From Paraspadella gotoi (Eukaryota; Animalia; Chaetognatha): DNA of 64,000 bases. The notes under the pieces were generated by a model. The model made no database searches. It saw only the letters and a program-made list of their open reading frames with translations, and was not told where the DNA came from. The stretch lies in NCBI GenBank assembly GCA_051294375.1, contig CM119270.1, positions 21,597,682-21,661,681 of the forward strand, written 5' to 3'. Position 1 is the stretch's first letter. The number at the start of each line of letters is the position of its first letter. Shown here in pieces: positions 25,119-37,878 of the stretch. The position numbers were made by a program, and so were the translations under genes.

Positions 25119-27230
25119 TGTTCTACTAAACAGATTTAATCTCCAAAACTGGAAACGAATTTTTTTTCTTTCGACAATTTTTTTTTATTTCGAGATAAGA
25201 AAATCTAAGTTTTTCTTTGGACTAGAGTATCGAACTCACCAGTAGAATATTTTTGCACCTTCTTGGACCTGGCTGCACCCAATTGCACCCCCGTAGCATA
25301 CTCGATATCACAAGAGATTCACTGTCGCTACGAATCGAATTCTTATACAACTTCACGATTGTGATTTAGTTTTCACGAAGGTTTTTCTTTTCTTCCCAAA
25401 TTCGATAAGAATTTTTTTTCAAAATCTTCTGTAAATTTTCACTCGGTTTTGCGATAAGAAACTAATGTTATTCGCCTATATCTAAAAAAAAATATAATAA
25501 CAATACAGAACTAAGTCAAAAGTTAAGTCACAAAAATAACTATTCTCCCTAGGAAATGTAAATCCAACCAAGAATGAATTTTTTCTTTTTTCTTTCTTTC
25601 TTTTTCTTGAATGTAGAATATTTACCAACGGCTTAAAAAGGCACTGAGAGCAGCTGCCTCAAATATTGGGTAAGCACCGCCGATCTGACTTACCTTTTTG
25701 AGGCGCTAATGTGGAATTTGAAAAAAAAGGACTTAATTGGGTTATTATCAAATCGGTTGAAGAGTCAATTAAAAACAACGTTGGGTAAAATCTGTCATCT
25801 GCCCAGGACCCTTTCCATGGTTGCTGGAGAGGTTTAAGAAGTTACAGTTAGTCTTTTTCAGCTCACTTAGCGCCTTATCCACAAGTATTATTACTACGAT
25901 TGATTATGTTACTAATAGTGCTAAATTACTGTGTATATTCCCATAAATTACTTTTTATATATATTACTGTAATTTAACATTTTGAATCAAAATAAGAAAT
26001 TTCGTAAGTCGAGCGGTATATCTTTAGATTTTTACTAGAAATTTGAAATCGCTTCAGAGAAAAAATACAAGCTTTACAAGTTTCAAGAAAATTTTTCATA
26101 AAATAAAAATTCTACAGACTAAGAAAAACTAGTTTTTAAATGCGGCTTGACTGTCAATTTCAAGTATTTTGATTCTGAACTAATTTAGTTTAATTTTAAA
26201 AAACATAAACATCTTTTATTACAAAATTCTGTCGCCCTATTGTTCGATATTTGCTCTTAACTTATTTTCCCGACATTTTACTAACTTACTGTTTTCACCT
26301 TTTTCAAAACACACCCACCCAACATTCTTTTTCTTTTTATTTTCTCTTTATTTTTTTATTTTTTTTATTAACTTACTGTTTTCACCTTTTTCTATACACA
26401 CCCACCCAACATTCTTTTTCTTTTTATTTTCTCTTTATTTTTATCTTTCTTTTTATTTTTTCTTTGTTTTCTTTTTTATTTTCTCTTTATTTTCTGTTTT
26501 TAATTTTCTCTTTCTTTTTATTTTCTCTTTATTTTCTTTGTTTAATTTTCTCTTTATTTTTCTTTTTATTTTCCTTTTTTCTTTTTTTCTGACTCNNNNN
26601 NNNNNAGATCGTTTTCTAGTTTCTTTTTTATCCCAAAATTTATTCACATTAAACTTAAAAAAGATACGGAGCACTCTCTTACCCTCTTAACCTATCATGA
26701 ATAAAAAACTTTAAAAAAAAGCTGGACCCTCATTTGAAAAATAAAATGAACCCCATTTAAATATTATACTATAATTTTTGCGCAAAGAGACGAGAACAAA
26801 CAATTCTTACTCTGTTCTCTCCGATCAAAAGGTTCATTCATAACGAATTTTAAAATTCAAAAAAAATTCGTCTCCCGATTTTTTCTGTATTTTTTTTAAA
26901 CTGGGCGGCACAGAATAGTCAAGTAAAGCTACAACGCTTTTGATATTTTAAAATTAGTTTTAAATGAAATATAACGATTAAAACCGGAATGGGTTCTCGT
27001 CAAACTTTAACTAACGAGGAGGTCGGTTTAATTCTCATTTACCAACGACGAAAAAAATGCATAATAAAATAATAAACACAAACAAAAATACTATAAAACA
27101 TCGAGAATTAAAAAAGAAGAAAAAATAGCGGGAAAAAACAAACAAAAAAAACAAAAAACAAACAAACAAAAAAAAAACCAAAAAAACAAAAGCCACAATA
27201 ATAAATTAAAAGCGACCAAAAAAGGAAACG

Positions 27231-27391
27231 ATGATTTTTAGCGCGGTTTATCCTCGATCCGTCGGCGACCCGAACGCCGCAGCCGACGGCGCCGGTGCAG
27301 CCGCTGCAGCCGCCGCTGGCTCCCCCAACGCCACCTACGTCCACCCGACCGTCGAAGCGTCAAACGTCACCTGCTTTGGGACGCCAAAGCG
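27231..27391 (+). CDS. Synaptotagmin-like gene A, exon 1 (luminal N-terminus)
   Basis: MIFSAVYPRSVGDPNAAADGAGAAAAAAAGSPNATYVHPTVEASNVTCFGTPK-cg|GTGAG. The phase-2 end fits the next exon, and N-glycosylation sequons NAT and NVT are present. Confidence 0.7.
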
Positions 27392-27866
27392 GTGAGACGG
27401 TTGTCGGATTCGTCCACCATCCTTCAGCCAAATCCATTGGCTCAGAGGGGGAACACACTATCCCAGGCGTAATGTTCCATCCACAGTCCTCACGACATCC
27501 CTCTGCGTTGGCAAAGCGAGACCGTCCTAGGGTAACCGCGCCAGTGACTGGAGGCGTCACTGAGGGTCGGAAGCCCCCAAAGCCAACAGTGAGATGCCCC
27601 ATCCCAATGGGCATCACAGGCATCCCGGCTGTTGCCATAAAGGAACTTTTTCTGACTCTTATATCCAATTTGAATATTGTAGTACGACGAATTTAATAAT
27701 TTATTAATTTATTTTTTTTATTTATCTATCTATAATGTCATGGCACCCCCTATATACCAGCGTTAACATAACAAAATCGTGAGCCCCTTCTGATGTCATG
27801 TCAAGTCATATGATGTCAAGTCAAGTCATCTCATGTCCACTTTTTACACTTTTTTCACTTTTACAG

Positions 27867-28097
27867 CTACGACGCATTAGGCCAAATCCTTGGCTTCTTT
27901 TGTGCCATCTGGCGGCGAATCGACGATTTCCTTCTCTCTTGGCCTTTCGATCATCAACTCGCCCTCGGTCTCTTTATCGCCAGCTGCGTCCTCCTGCTGC
28001 TGTTGATCGTACTGCTTTGCTGTTGCTGTTGTAAGGTCTGCGGCGGAGGAGAAGAAGGGAAGAAGAAGAAGAGAAGGAGAGGACCGCAGAATACGAG
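27867..28097 (+). CDS. Synaptotagmin-like gene A, exon 2 (transmembrane helix, Cys cluster, basic tract)
   Basis: TTTTACAG acceptor. YDALGQILGFFCAIWRRIDDFLLSWPFDHQLALGLFIASCVLLLLLIVLLCCCCCKVCGGGEEGKKKKRRRGPQNT-ag|GTCAGG. Confidence 0.8.
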
Positions 28098-28222
28098 GTC
28101 AGGTCAAGGGTCAAGGGTCAAGCGTCAAGGGTCAAGGGTAAGGGATTCCTGGTGAAGATTCGTTGGGTTTGTTCGAAAAAGTAAAATGTTATGGTGGACT
28201 TAAATCTAACAACCGTTCATTA

Positions 28223-28350
28223 GCGGCCATTGGTGCAGGAGGCAAGTCATTCGCCTCCCAATCAAAGGCCCGGTTCTAGCCGGGTGCGCAGCCAGGAGTC
28301 GGGCGCTTTCCCATTGTTTAATGCCTGATCCGAAGCTCAGTTCTATCCTT
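28223..28350 (+). mobile_element. tRNA(Gly-like)-derived SINE head
   Basis: A-box-like TGGTGCAGGAGG, TTCGCCTCCCA, and B-box-like GGCCCGGTTCTAGCCGGG. It does not fold into a complete tRNA. Confidence 0.4.
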
Positions 28351-28728
28351 AATATTTAACACAATATTTAACCGTAATCCCTTACTTTATTACTAACCCT
28401 GCGCTAATTCCTAACAATAATCAGAATTCCTAATTTCTAACCATAATCACAAGCCTCTTTTAGAACAGATACCTTAGGCCGAAGGGGGGAAGCATACGGT
28501 CGGCCGTAAATCGCCTTGGGGGTTTAGCAACACCCCACTCCCCCGTGCCTGATTCCAAGCCTGGTTCCAATGCCTGCTCGAGTTGTGTTGATTAAGTTAA
28601 GGAAATCCAGCTTAGCTAACTTAGCGCCTTATCAACATATATATTCTCTTCCGACGCCTTAATACCTCCTCGGCGTCGCAACCTTATTCCTCGGCACCGC
28701 AAACCCTACTTCCTTCCCTCTTTTCCAG

Positions 28729-28940
28729 AGAGCGCGAATACCTGGATCCTCGATCCGCTCCGGCCTTACGAAGCAAACAAGACCCCCGGACGGCGTTGGA
28801 TCGAATTCCTCTCATCGGCGCCTTCATACAAGAGAGAGTCCAGCCGGAACTCTACGACGCGCAACAGCAGAACCGCATCAAAGAGTCGAGACTCAGTGGG
28901 CGCGGTCTTGATGGAGACGTTGACGTCAAGTCAGGATGCG
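28729..28940 (+). CDS. Synaptotagmin-like gene A, exon 3 (linker)
   Basis: TTTTCCAG acceptor. EREYLDPRSAPALRSKQDPRTALDRIPLIGAFIQERVQPELYDAQQQNRIKESRLSGRGLDGDVDVKSGC-g|GTGAGT. It contains the QPELY linker motif seen in several synaptotagmins. Confidence 0.8.
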
Positions 28941-29343
28941 GTGAGTTTGGGAAAGTGAGGGTAAGGTTTTGGTGAGGTTTTGGTTTCGAGATTGAAGACG
29001 GTTGTCAAATGTGAAATGAGTAATGTGAAATGTACTAAAAAGATTTGGAAGTGGAGAAGAAATTATCATAATTTATTTTCATTCCAATTTCGGTCGGTCA
29101 TTCATTTCTCTCTCTCTCTCTCTCTCTCTTCTCTCCTCTCTCTCCTCTCTCTCTCGCTCTCTCTCTCTCTCTCTAAATCAAACAGAACATATCCAGGATT
29201 AAGTGATCTTCTTACCCATTTGGAGCCACATCTCAAGAAATCTATGCCCTTCCATTATTAAATCATTTCATTTCACCTTTTCTCTTCACTCCTTTCCCCC
29301 TTCCTCTCTCCTCACCCACCCCCCCCCACCGCATATCCCTCAG

Positions 29344-29501
29344 CCGCAATCCAATCCTTTTCGTCGATCCGGAACAAAAGGACGGCCCGAACTGAAGATC
29401 GGCATCGGTACAAGTCCGTCGAACTCGAAAGCTCCGCCTTTTTTTAGAAGTTCGAATGCCTGACTCTTACGTGACTGTCATAGCGGTTGCTGTTTTTAAG
29501 G
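29344..29501 (+). CDS. Synaptotagmin-like gene A, exon 4 (start of C2A; apparent indel errors)
   Basis: CCCTCAG acceptor. GRPELKIGI... and PDSYVTV (the DxYV strand) fall in different frames, donor GTGAG. The mirror copy at ~48590-48750 has different indels. Confidence 0.55.
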
Positions 29502-30833
29502 GTGAGAGAGAGAGGAGAGAGACGAGAGAGAGAGAGAGAGAAGGACGGAGGGAGGAGGAAGGAGAGAGAGAGGAGGGACTTTTTTTGACCGACGTTAAAT
29601 ATATTGTGCAAGTACATACTATAATGCATAAGGATGATAGCGAGAAGCAGAAACTATTCTTGGTCAAGTGGCGAATCCTTTTCAAGACGCGGTGCTTCCT
29701 TTACTATATATTCTTGGAAAGAGAAAGAAAGCGAGCTGAGAGAGCACGAGACGAGACGAGGAGAGAAGAGAGAGAGAGAGAGATGCAGAGAGAAGACGAG
29801 AGAGAGGAAATAAATGAAAAGATCCCGCATCAGTTAAAATAATATTTAATTAAAAATTAATAAAAAATTAAAATGGAAATTAAATTTGCTTACCCTCCAG
29901 ACTTAAATTAAAGTCACCTGACTCGAGATGATGTGAACTGAGTCACTCGTTCCACGCGCGAAAGAAAAAAGGCCGATCACAGAAAAAAAACTGAGATTCT
30001 TATTTGAAAATCCAGGAAAAACGAAGGAATCGAACCGAAAAAGTTGCCTGGACCACAAAAGGGGTCAGAAATTCCTGCTCCATCTTGCTTTATTTCGCTC
30101 CTTGGCTTTATATTTCTTTTGCTTTTTCACATCCCCAGACCGCTGAGAGAAAAAAGAGAAAGAAAGAGAAAAAAAAAGACAAGAGTAAAAAAAAGGAAAG
30201 AAAAAAGAAGCATGAAAATATGGCAAACGAAATTGGTCAATCTTTAATAAAAAACGGTTTATGTTTGGCATCTATGTTTTTTCTTTGTCCTTTTCTTGTC
30301 TTTTTCACTTGGTTTCTATTATTTTCTTCATATCTCATCTTTCTTTTAATTTGACGCCTAGATTCTTTTTACTCTCTCTCTCTCCCTCCTCTCTCTCGTC
30401 TCTCTCTGTGTTCTCTCTCTCTCAATCAATCTCGTGCTCTACTCTCTCTCTCTCTCTTCTCTCTCTCCTCATCTCTCTCTTCTGGTTAAAATCATGTATA
30501 TTTTAAATTTCGTGCTAATTTTCATGTTCTTTCACAGTTAATTCTTCCTTGTCAACTGTATCTTCTTATCTCTCCTTCTCACTCTATTATTCCTTTCAAT
30601 ACTACGCATCTCTTTTCTCTAACTTATTCTCCCTTATTAAATCTATTTCCTCTTATCTTTTCTCTCTCTTCATTTTTTTCCTCTCATTATTCATCCAATT
30701 TTATTTAATTCTTCATTCTCACTCCCTTCTCCGCACTATCTCTCTACGCTTTCTTTATCTTCCTCTCACCCTCCTTCTCTCCCTCCCCCCTCTCTCTCCC
30801 CCTCTCTCTCCCCCCTCACCCCACTTTTCACAG

Positions 30834-30999
30834 GAGGTCTTCGAGACCCGCGTTGTGAAGGGAACTCCTGATCCGGAGTTCATGGAAAATTTCACGTTTA
30901 AATCGATTCGTCGACTCGAAGAAAGAACTCTGAAGATTCAAGTCTTTCTCTTTGACCGAGGAAGCGTCATGGAACCACCGCTGGGGGAGCTGAGTATCG
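30834..30999 (+). CDS. Synaptotagmin-like gene A, exon 5 (C2A)
   Basis: EVFETRVVKGTPDPEFMENFTFKSIRRLEERTLKIQVFLFDRGSVMEPPLGELSI-g|GTGAG, matching the C2 pattern TxVxxxTxxPxFxExFxF...LxIxVxxxDR...LGE. Confidence 0.9.
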
Positions 31000-31000
31000 G

Positions 31001-31037
<37 letters not shown>

Positions 31038-31479
31038 NNNNNNNNNNNNNNNNNNNNNNNNNNNNNNNNNNNNNNNNNNNNNNNNNNNNNNNNNNNNNNN
31101 NNNNNNNNNNNNNNNNNNNNNNNNNNNNNNNNNNNNNNNNNNNNNNNNNNNNNNNNNNNNNNNNNNNNNNNNNNNNNNNNNNNNNNNNNNNNNNNNNNNN
31201 NNNNNNNNGAATAACTCTGTATCTTTGAATAACTCTGTATCACTATCGGGTCTCGCTTGATGACGTGGATGTGGAGTCTATTGTTGGGGCTAAAGGTGAT
31301 TTTAAAATACAGAGTTTGGGCTTGGGGGCCTTTTGAAATGCGGCGTTTGGGCTAGGGGGCCTTTTGAGCACGGCCCAAGCCGCAAACTCTGTATTTTAAA
31401 ATCACCTTTAGGGCCCAACAATAGACTCCACAATACCACGTCATCACTGCGAGAACGCGATAAGTGATACATAGGAGTT

Positions 31480-33500
31480 TATTCAAAAGAATGACTACTG
31501 CCGTTCCTCGCCCCCTCAACATACATTAGTCGATTTAGTATGGCTTTTCTTTCTCTCTCATTCGTCTCTCTACGAGCTCTCGTCGTCTCATCTCAGAGTT
31601 ATTAAAGATGGCCTACTGCCCTTCCTCACCGCCTCACATACATTAGTCATGTAAGTAATGGCTTTTGCTTTGCTCTCTCCTCGTCGTGCCGGCTCTCCTA
31701 CTCTCACTCATGACTGCTCTCCTCTCTCTCAGAAGTTTTATTCAAGGAGAATGCCTAGCTGCCTTCCTGCCCGCTCACATACATTAAGTCATTTAGTATG
31801 GCTTGTTCTTTCTCTCTCTCTCTCTCTCTCTCGCGAATCATCATCTCTCTCTCAGAGTTATTCAAGATGCTACTGCCTCCTCGCCCTCACATTAACATTA
31901 GTCATTAAGTAATAGGCTTTTCTTTCTCTCTCTTCATCTCTCTCTCTTCTCTCCCTCTCTCACTCTCTCTTCTCTGCTCTCTCTCAGAGTTATTCCAAAG
32001 ATGCCTACTGCCTTGCCGTTCCCCCTCACATACATTAGTCATTTAGTATGGCTTTTCTTTTATCTCTCTCTCTCTCATACGTCTCTCTCTCCGTCTCATG
32101 CTATTCATTGCTCTCAGAGTTATTCAAAGATGCCGTACATGGCTTACTCCACCCCCTGCACCTAAGTTCCAAGAGTCAGGGGGTCGCCAGCATAGCATAT
32201 ATATTTATTAATGATGGTAGATGTTTTATTTATATTGGGTTTGTACCAATTTTCATAAAATTCCAGCTCACTTGATTATTTTGAATGATAGATGTGCAGG
32301 AGTAAACAGATAAGTGATTCCGCCGATCTAAATACTTAAGGGAGTGGTCTTTTCATAAGCAATTGAAACAGTTCTTTTGAAAAATATTTTCGCACTGTCA
32401 TGGTTGATAAGGAAGCCAGGTTAACTCTGGGAGTGAAATAAACGAGACTAGTGAGAAGAGTCTTGATTGAAAGCTTGCAGGGACCTGCATAATGTCATTA
32501 TCTTGTAAGAGTGATGGAGGCCTAAACCACCAAGCGCTGTTTCGCAAAGTCAGTGGCATAGAATAGCTTATTTATTAAATGAATGGAATAAGTTTGTTAT
32601 ATTGGTGTTGTACCAATTTCATAAGAAATTCAGCTCCATGTAATTTATTGATGCTAGTGCGGAGGTACAATAAGTATTCCACCGATCTAATACTTGAGGG
32701 AGTAGGTCCTTTTTCAAAAACATACAATGATGGAAAGCATTCTTTGAAATATTTTCCACGTTCATTGATAAGGAAGCCAGGGTACTCATGGGAGTGAATA
32801 AAAGCGAGACTGTGAGAGAGTCTTGATTGAAAGGGCGTATGCAGGGACCTGCTATGTCATTATCTTGTAAGAGTGATGGAAGGCCCTTAAAGCCTACCCA
32901 GGCCTGTCCCAAAGTCAGGGGCAAGATTACCTTTATTTATTAAAATGAAATGGATAATTGTTTATATTGTTGAAAACGCAATTTTCAATATGCATTAGGT
33001 CATTTAGTTATGGCTTTCTTTTGCTATCTGCTCTCGTCTTTCTCTCTCTCTGCCGCGTCTCCTCTCTCTCTCGTCGTCTCTCCTGCCTCTCAGAGTTATT
33101 CAAAGATACCTACTGCCTCCTCCCCTCACATAACTTAAGTCATTTAGTATGCATTTTTTCTTTTCATCTGCTTCTCTCTCGTCTCTCAGTCCCGTCGCTC
33201 TCTGGCTCTCGCTCGAAGTCCTCTCTCTCTCTCGAGAGTTATTCAAAGATGCCATATTGCCTTCCATTCCTCTCAACACATACATTAGTGCATTTAGTAG
33301 GGCTTTTGCTCTCTTCTCCTCGATCTCTTAATCTCGGTCTGTCGCTCCTCTCATCTCTCTTTTTAATCTTTCTCTCATCAATCTCTCATCTCAGAGTTAT
33401 TCCAAAGATGCCATACTTGCCTTCCCTCCCTCACATACATTAGTCATGTTAGTAATGGCTTTTTCGCTTTCTTCTCATCTCTCTCTCTCTCTCTCTCTCG
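31480..33500. repeat. Noisy ~110-130-bp tandem repeat (GAGTTATTCAAAGATGCCTACTGCC...CACATACATTAGTCATTTAGTATGGC + CT tract), interrupted by a ~400-bp tandem duplication
   Basis: The unit recurs roughly ten times with many indels. 32165-32560 and 32560-32960 are divergent copies of each other. Confidence 0.8.
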
Positions 33501-34718
33501 TCTCGTCTGTCTCTCGTCTATCCTTTTCTCTCTCATGCTCTCTTTCCTCTCTCTCTCTCATCTGCTTTCTCCCTCTCTCTCTCAGCTCTGTCTCCCGCTG
33601 CCATCTCTCTGCTCCTCTCTCTCTGCATTCTCTCTCTCGCTCTCTCTTATCTCTCATCTCTTCAGTCTCTCCCTCTCTCTCTCGTCCGTTGTCTCTCTTC
33701 ACTCGTCCTCCACGTCTCTCCGCTCATTTCCTCTCTCTCCTCGACTCCTCTCCTGACGTCTGCTGCTCTCGGTTTCTGTCTGTCTCTCATCTCCTCTTTC
33801 ACATCTCTCTCTCCTTAGTCTCTCCTCTCCTCTCTCCGGTCCATCTTNNNNNNNNNNNNNNNNNNNNNNNNNGGGGGTCTTTTGAAATGCAGCGTTTGGG
33901 CTTGGGGGCCTTTTAAACTGCATTGTGGGGACTGGAGAGCGGCATGAGGGTGAAGTAGGGCGTTACAATGAGTTCACCCCACTTATAGGCCAATGAAATG
34001 CGTTTTGTGCGCAAAGGGTTTTTTAAAATTGCCCGAAGGGGATGGCGGGAGTGTTTGATTGCACTGTGGGGCTTTGGCGGGATAATTAAAGGCACAGTGT
34101 GGTTGAGAAGTGTTGTTAAAATGCATTTGGTTGAAATTCGCGGATTTTGCACAGTGCAATAATAATAACATCAGTTAAGATCAGAAATAACAGAAAATGA
34201 ATGTAATATGAATAACGGAATATATTTGAATAATAATTAATAATTATCGTTAACATCGTAAAAAGTAAAACCATACAATGAAGATTTTCTAAGAAAATTG
34301 AAGAAGAATAGAGAAGAAACTTTCATCCAAAGGTTGAAATAAACATGAATTTATCATAAGTAAACAGACAGAAGGAGATGCAGAGATGAGAGAGATGGAT
34401 GAAGAGAGGAGAGAGACGAGTGATGAGATTCTCGAGAGACGAGAGAGAGCATCGGCAGAAGGAGAGAGAGGGAGAAGCGGAATCGCCTTTTACTCTCTCT
34501 GACATTTACCGCCCAATAATAGAGCACAATGAGAGGAAAGCGAGAGAGAGAGAGAGAGCGGTCGCGAAAACAAAAAAAAAGGAAATGATCTGAGAGATTG
34601 AGAGAGAGCAGGAGGAGATGAGAGAGAGAGGAGAGAGATGAGAGATGACCGCAGAGAGAGAGAGCGACTTCCCATGAAATCCCTATGGACGTTGCCCAGG
34701 AGTGCTAATCCTTTGTCC

Positions 34719-34801
<83 letters not shown>

Positions 34802-35133
34802 CTTATCTTTGGCTGCTTTCACTCGCTCTCGTTGCACGAGAATAGATGCCTCCAAATGTCAGGCCCCAAATGATGTAGATAGAGGGGCTGAAAGCAGATA
34901 GTAGATAGAGAGAGAGAGAGAACCGTAGAGAATGGGAGAGAAGAGAGAAAGCCATCAATTAAAAAATTTATAGCCTTCTTCAAGGAGAACCCACCCTCTT
35001 TTTTAAGACATCTTCATTCGTCATCCTATTTTGTTAAATAAAGAACTAAATACAGATCTCTCTCTNNNNNNNNNNNNNNNNNNNNNNNNNAGATGCTTCC
35101 AAAATGTCGAGGCCCAGAATGAGCTTCTTAAGA

Positions 35134-35171
<38 letters not shown>

Positions 35172-35613
35172 ATCAATTAAAATTTATAGCTTCTCAAGGA
35201 ACCCACCTTCTTTTTAAGACATTCTTCATTCGTCATTCCTATTTTGTTAAAATAAAGAATAATATAGACAGTTTTTTTTATATTAAGTATTAAACTAATG
35301 ATAATTCCTAATCGTACGCTTCTATGCTACTTAAATGACGATAATAATGTAATTCTACTTACCTGTTAGTTGGTTGCCACAAAGTTTGAAAAGCGTAAAA
35401 GAAAAGAAAAAGTTTAAAAAAAGGAAAATAATTAATTATTTGTTCACGTTCCTCTTACAAAATGTCTATTTCCCTCTTTCTATCCGTCTCTGTCTTTATT
35501 TCTGTCTATCTGTCCGTCTTTCTTTCCCTCTTTCAATTATCCTACAATCGCTCTACTATTTCTGTCATCCGTTCAAAAGCTTTTGCTTTTATTTTCTTTT
35601 ATTTCCTTCCACC

Positions 35614-35648
<35 letters not shown>

Positions 35649-36221
35649 CACTTTCTCCTTCAATCCTAAATTCGATTTGGTTCAGATGGAAGAGAAGCAA
35701 AGAATCAATGGATTCAATCCTTTGCTTTTCTTTTCTTGCTATTTCTGGCATCAAATTTTGTCATTGTAAATTTCTGTAACCGCGATTTAGTACAAATATC
35801 GAGAAGGGTTTAATATTTATATACAAATATCAACTTTTCTATCAAATTTCAATGTAAATTACTAATTTTCATTTGTCAGCAACGCGCTTTATATATTTAC
35901 AAGTTTTCTCAGGACAAAAATGCTCCAAACTCAAATTTATAAGTTTATTTAAAAGTATATTAAGCCAAAACTTATTTAATTTCAAATTTAAAATATAAAA
36001 CTTTATAAAATATAAAAATTTAAGAGATTATTTTATTTAAAACAAACGAGTTTACTGACCATTATCTGTCACAAATAATCAATCATCAAAGGGATAAAAG
36101 GGACAAAACATAAGTAAAAACAAATACTAACTAGATTCTTTTTCCCCTCCTCACCTCCTTCCCCTTCTTACCCTCCCTCCCCTCCCTCCCTCCCTCCCTC
36201 TTTTCCTCTCCCAAACCCCAG

Positions 36222-36349
36222 AAATGTCGAAATTCGATTTGGATCGCCCTGTAGAGGAATGGCACCGACTGAGAGAACCCGATCCGCGTTCCTTTGAAAA
36301 GTTTAGACGAAAGAGCAACTGTTTTGGATATCTGTGTCTCTCTCTGCAG
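36222..36349 (+). CDS. Synaptotagmin-like gene A, exon 6 (end of C2A, linker, start of C2B)
   Basis: (E)MSKFDLDRPVEEWHRLREPDPRSFEKFRRKSNCFGYLCLSLQ|GTAAG, with WxxL followed by GxxCxSL. Confidence 0.9.
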
Positions 36350-36635
36350 GTAAGAAGGAGGAGGAGGAGGAGGAGAACGAGGTAGAGGACAAAAAATAGT
36401 TTGAAAAGATAAACATAATGAAACAATAAAATAAAACAATAATTAAACCAAAAAATCCCCCCAAAAATATATATTTGACATATTTTGACTAATGGTCAAA
36501 TCATCATCATCATCGCAATCATCAAATCCTTTCTCACTTGATTAATCTAACGATGTAACTCACATCTCACAACCCCCACTCTCACAACCCCCACTCTCAC
36601 AACCCCTACTCTCCTCCCCCCTTCACCCCTCACAG

Positions 36636-36761
36636 TACGTTCACGTGATGCGTCGCTTGACCCTCGTGATTCTCGAAGCGAAGAATCTTCCCAAGACTCC
36701 GAACGTGAATGTGGAGAGTGACGATGATTGGATCACCACAACCATAGACCCCATGGTTAAG
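36636..36761 (+). CDS. Synaptotagmin-like gene A, exon 7 (C2B)
   Basis: YVHVMRRLTLVILEAKNLPKTPNVNVESDDDWITTTIDPMVK|GTCAGT; compare Syt1 LTVVILEAKNL...DPYVK. Confidence 0.93.
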
Positions 36762-37758
36762 GTCAGTGTGGGGTCAGTGTGGGGTCGGTGTGGGTCAGTG
36801 TGGGTCATCACTCATCAGTAATCTAGCAGAGTAATTTGTGGTTTATTTCAAATGAGAGTTCTTCAATATCATTTACATATTGTAGTAATTCAGATCATTT
36901 ATCGAATAAGAAAAAAAAGGGAAAAAAAGGAAAGAATTTTGGGGTCATTAGTCGGTGAGAAGAGGATCATTGGTTTGATGTGGTCAATGAGAGTAAATGA
37001 CACAGGGATGTGGTTATTCACGTTTTGTAATTATATTCCGCGCTACTGGTCAAGTTGAGATACCGTGTGGTCAAATTAATCGAAGGTTTCAGTGACCACG
37101 AGGTCGAAGGCTCCTTATCGAAATATATCGCGTGCAATGACTCGACCATCTGTCTTGAGTTCGCGTTGCAATGTTGTTGTTGTTGTTGTACTTGATCCCA
37201 AAGAAGAAAAAGAAAATATTGAGTTTTTTTTATTATTTTCCCCCCCGTTTTTTTCATCGTTGAAACCTTTTTTCTCCCTTTTTTTCCCTTTTTTTCTCTT
37301 TCTTTCCGTTTGTACGACAATAAAATTTGTTTAGAGATGAAATTTATTTCTACGCAACAAAAGAATTGAAATAAATTGATTTCTTTTCTTTATTTTTTTT
37401 TTTTGCTTTGACGTCGGGAAGAAAAAAAAAGTTTTATTTTTATTTTTTTATGAAGGGTTGACAATATTGCAATTATTGTCATTATTGGATCTGAGATAGA
37501 ATTATATATAAAAAAAAAAAACAGAAAAAAAAAACGGAAACTAAATTGTGAACCACATCAGTGAACCACATCTGGAGGAGAAAATTATCAGTGATTATTT
37601 TCTTTTTAAAGTGAGTTTCTCTTTTTTTTTCGGTCGTTGGCTTCGAGTGAAGAACTTCTTGCACCCAAGAGGCGAAAAGGGCGAAGCCATGAAAATATAT
37701 GCCGAGTGTTCACTTGTTTTCTTATTAGTTAATGTTATATTCTTAATTTGCTCGCCAG

Positions 37759-37878
37759 GTGTCGCTCAAATTGAAAGATCGAAAAGTAGACAAAAAGAAG
37801 ACAACGGTAAAGAAAATGACTGCGTGTCCTTATTACAATGAGATCCTTACCTTTGAAGTTTCGCCGGAACATATTCAG
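37759..37878 (+). CDS. Synaptotagmin-like gene A, exon 8 (C2B polybasic strand)
   Basis: VSLKLKDRKVDKKKTTVKKMTACPYYNEILTFEVSPEHIQ|GTAT; compare Syt1 [29 protein letters not shown]. Confidence 0.95.
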
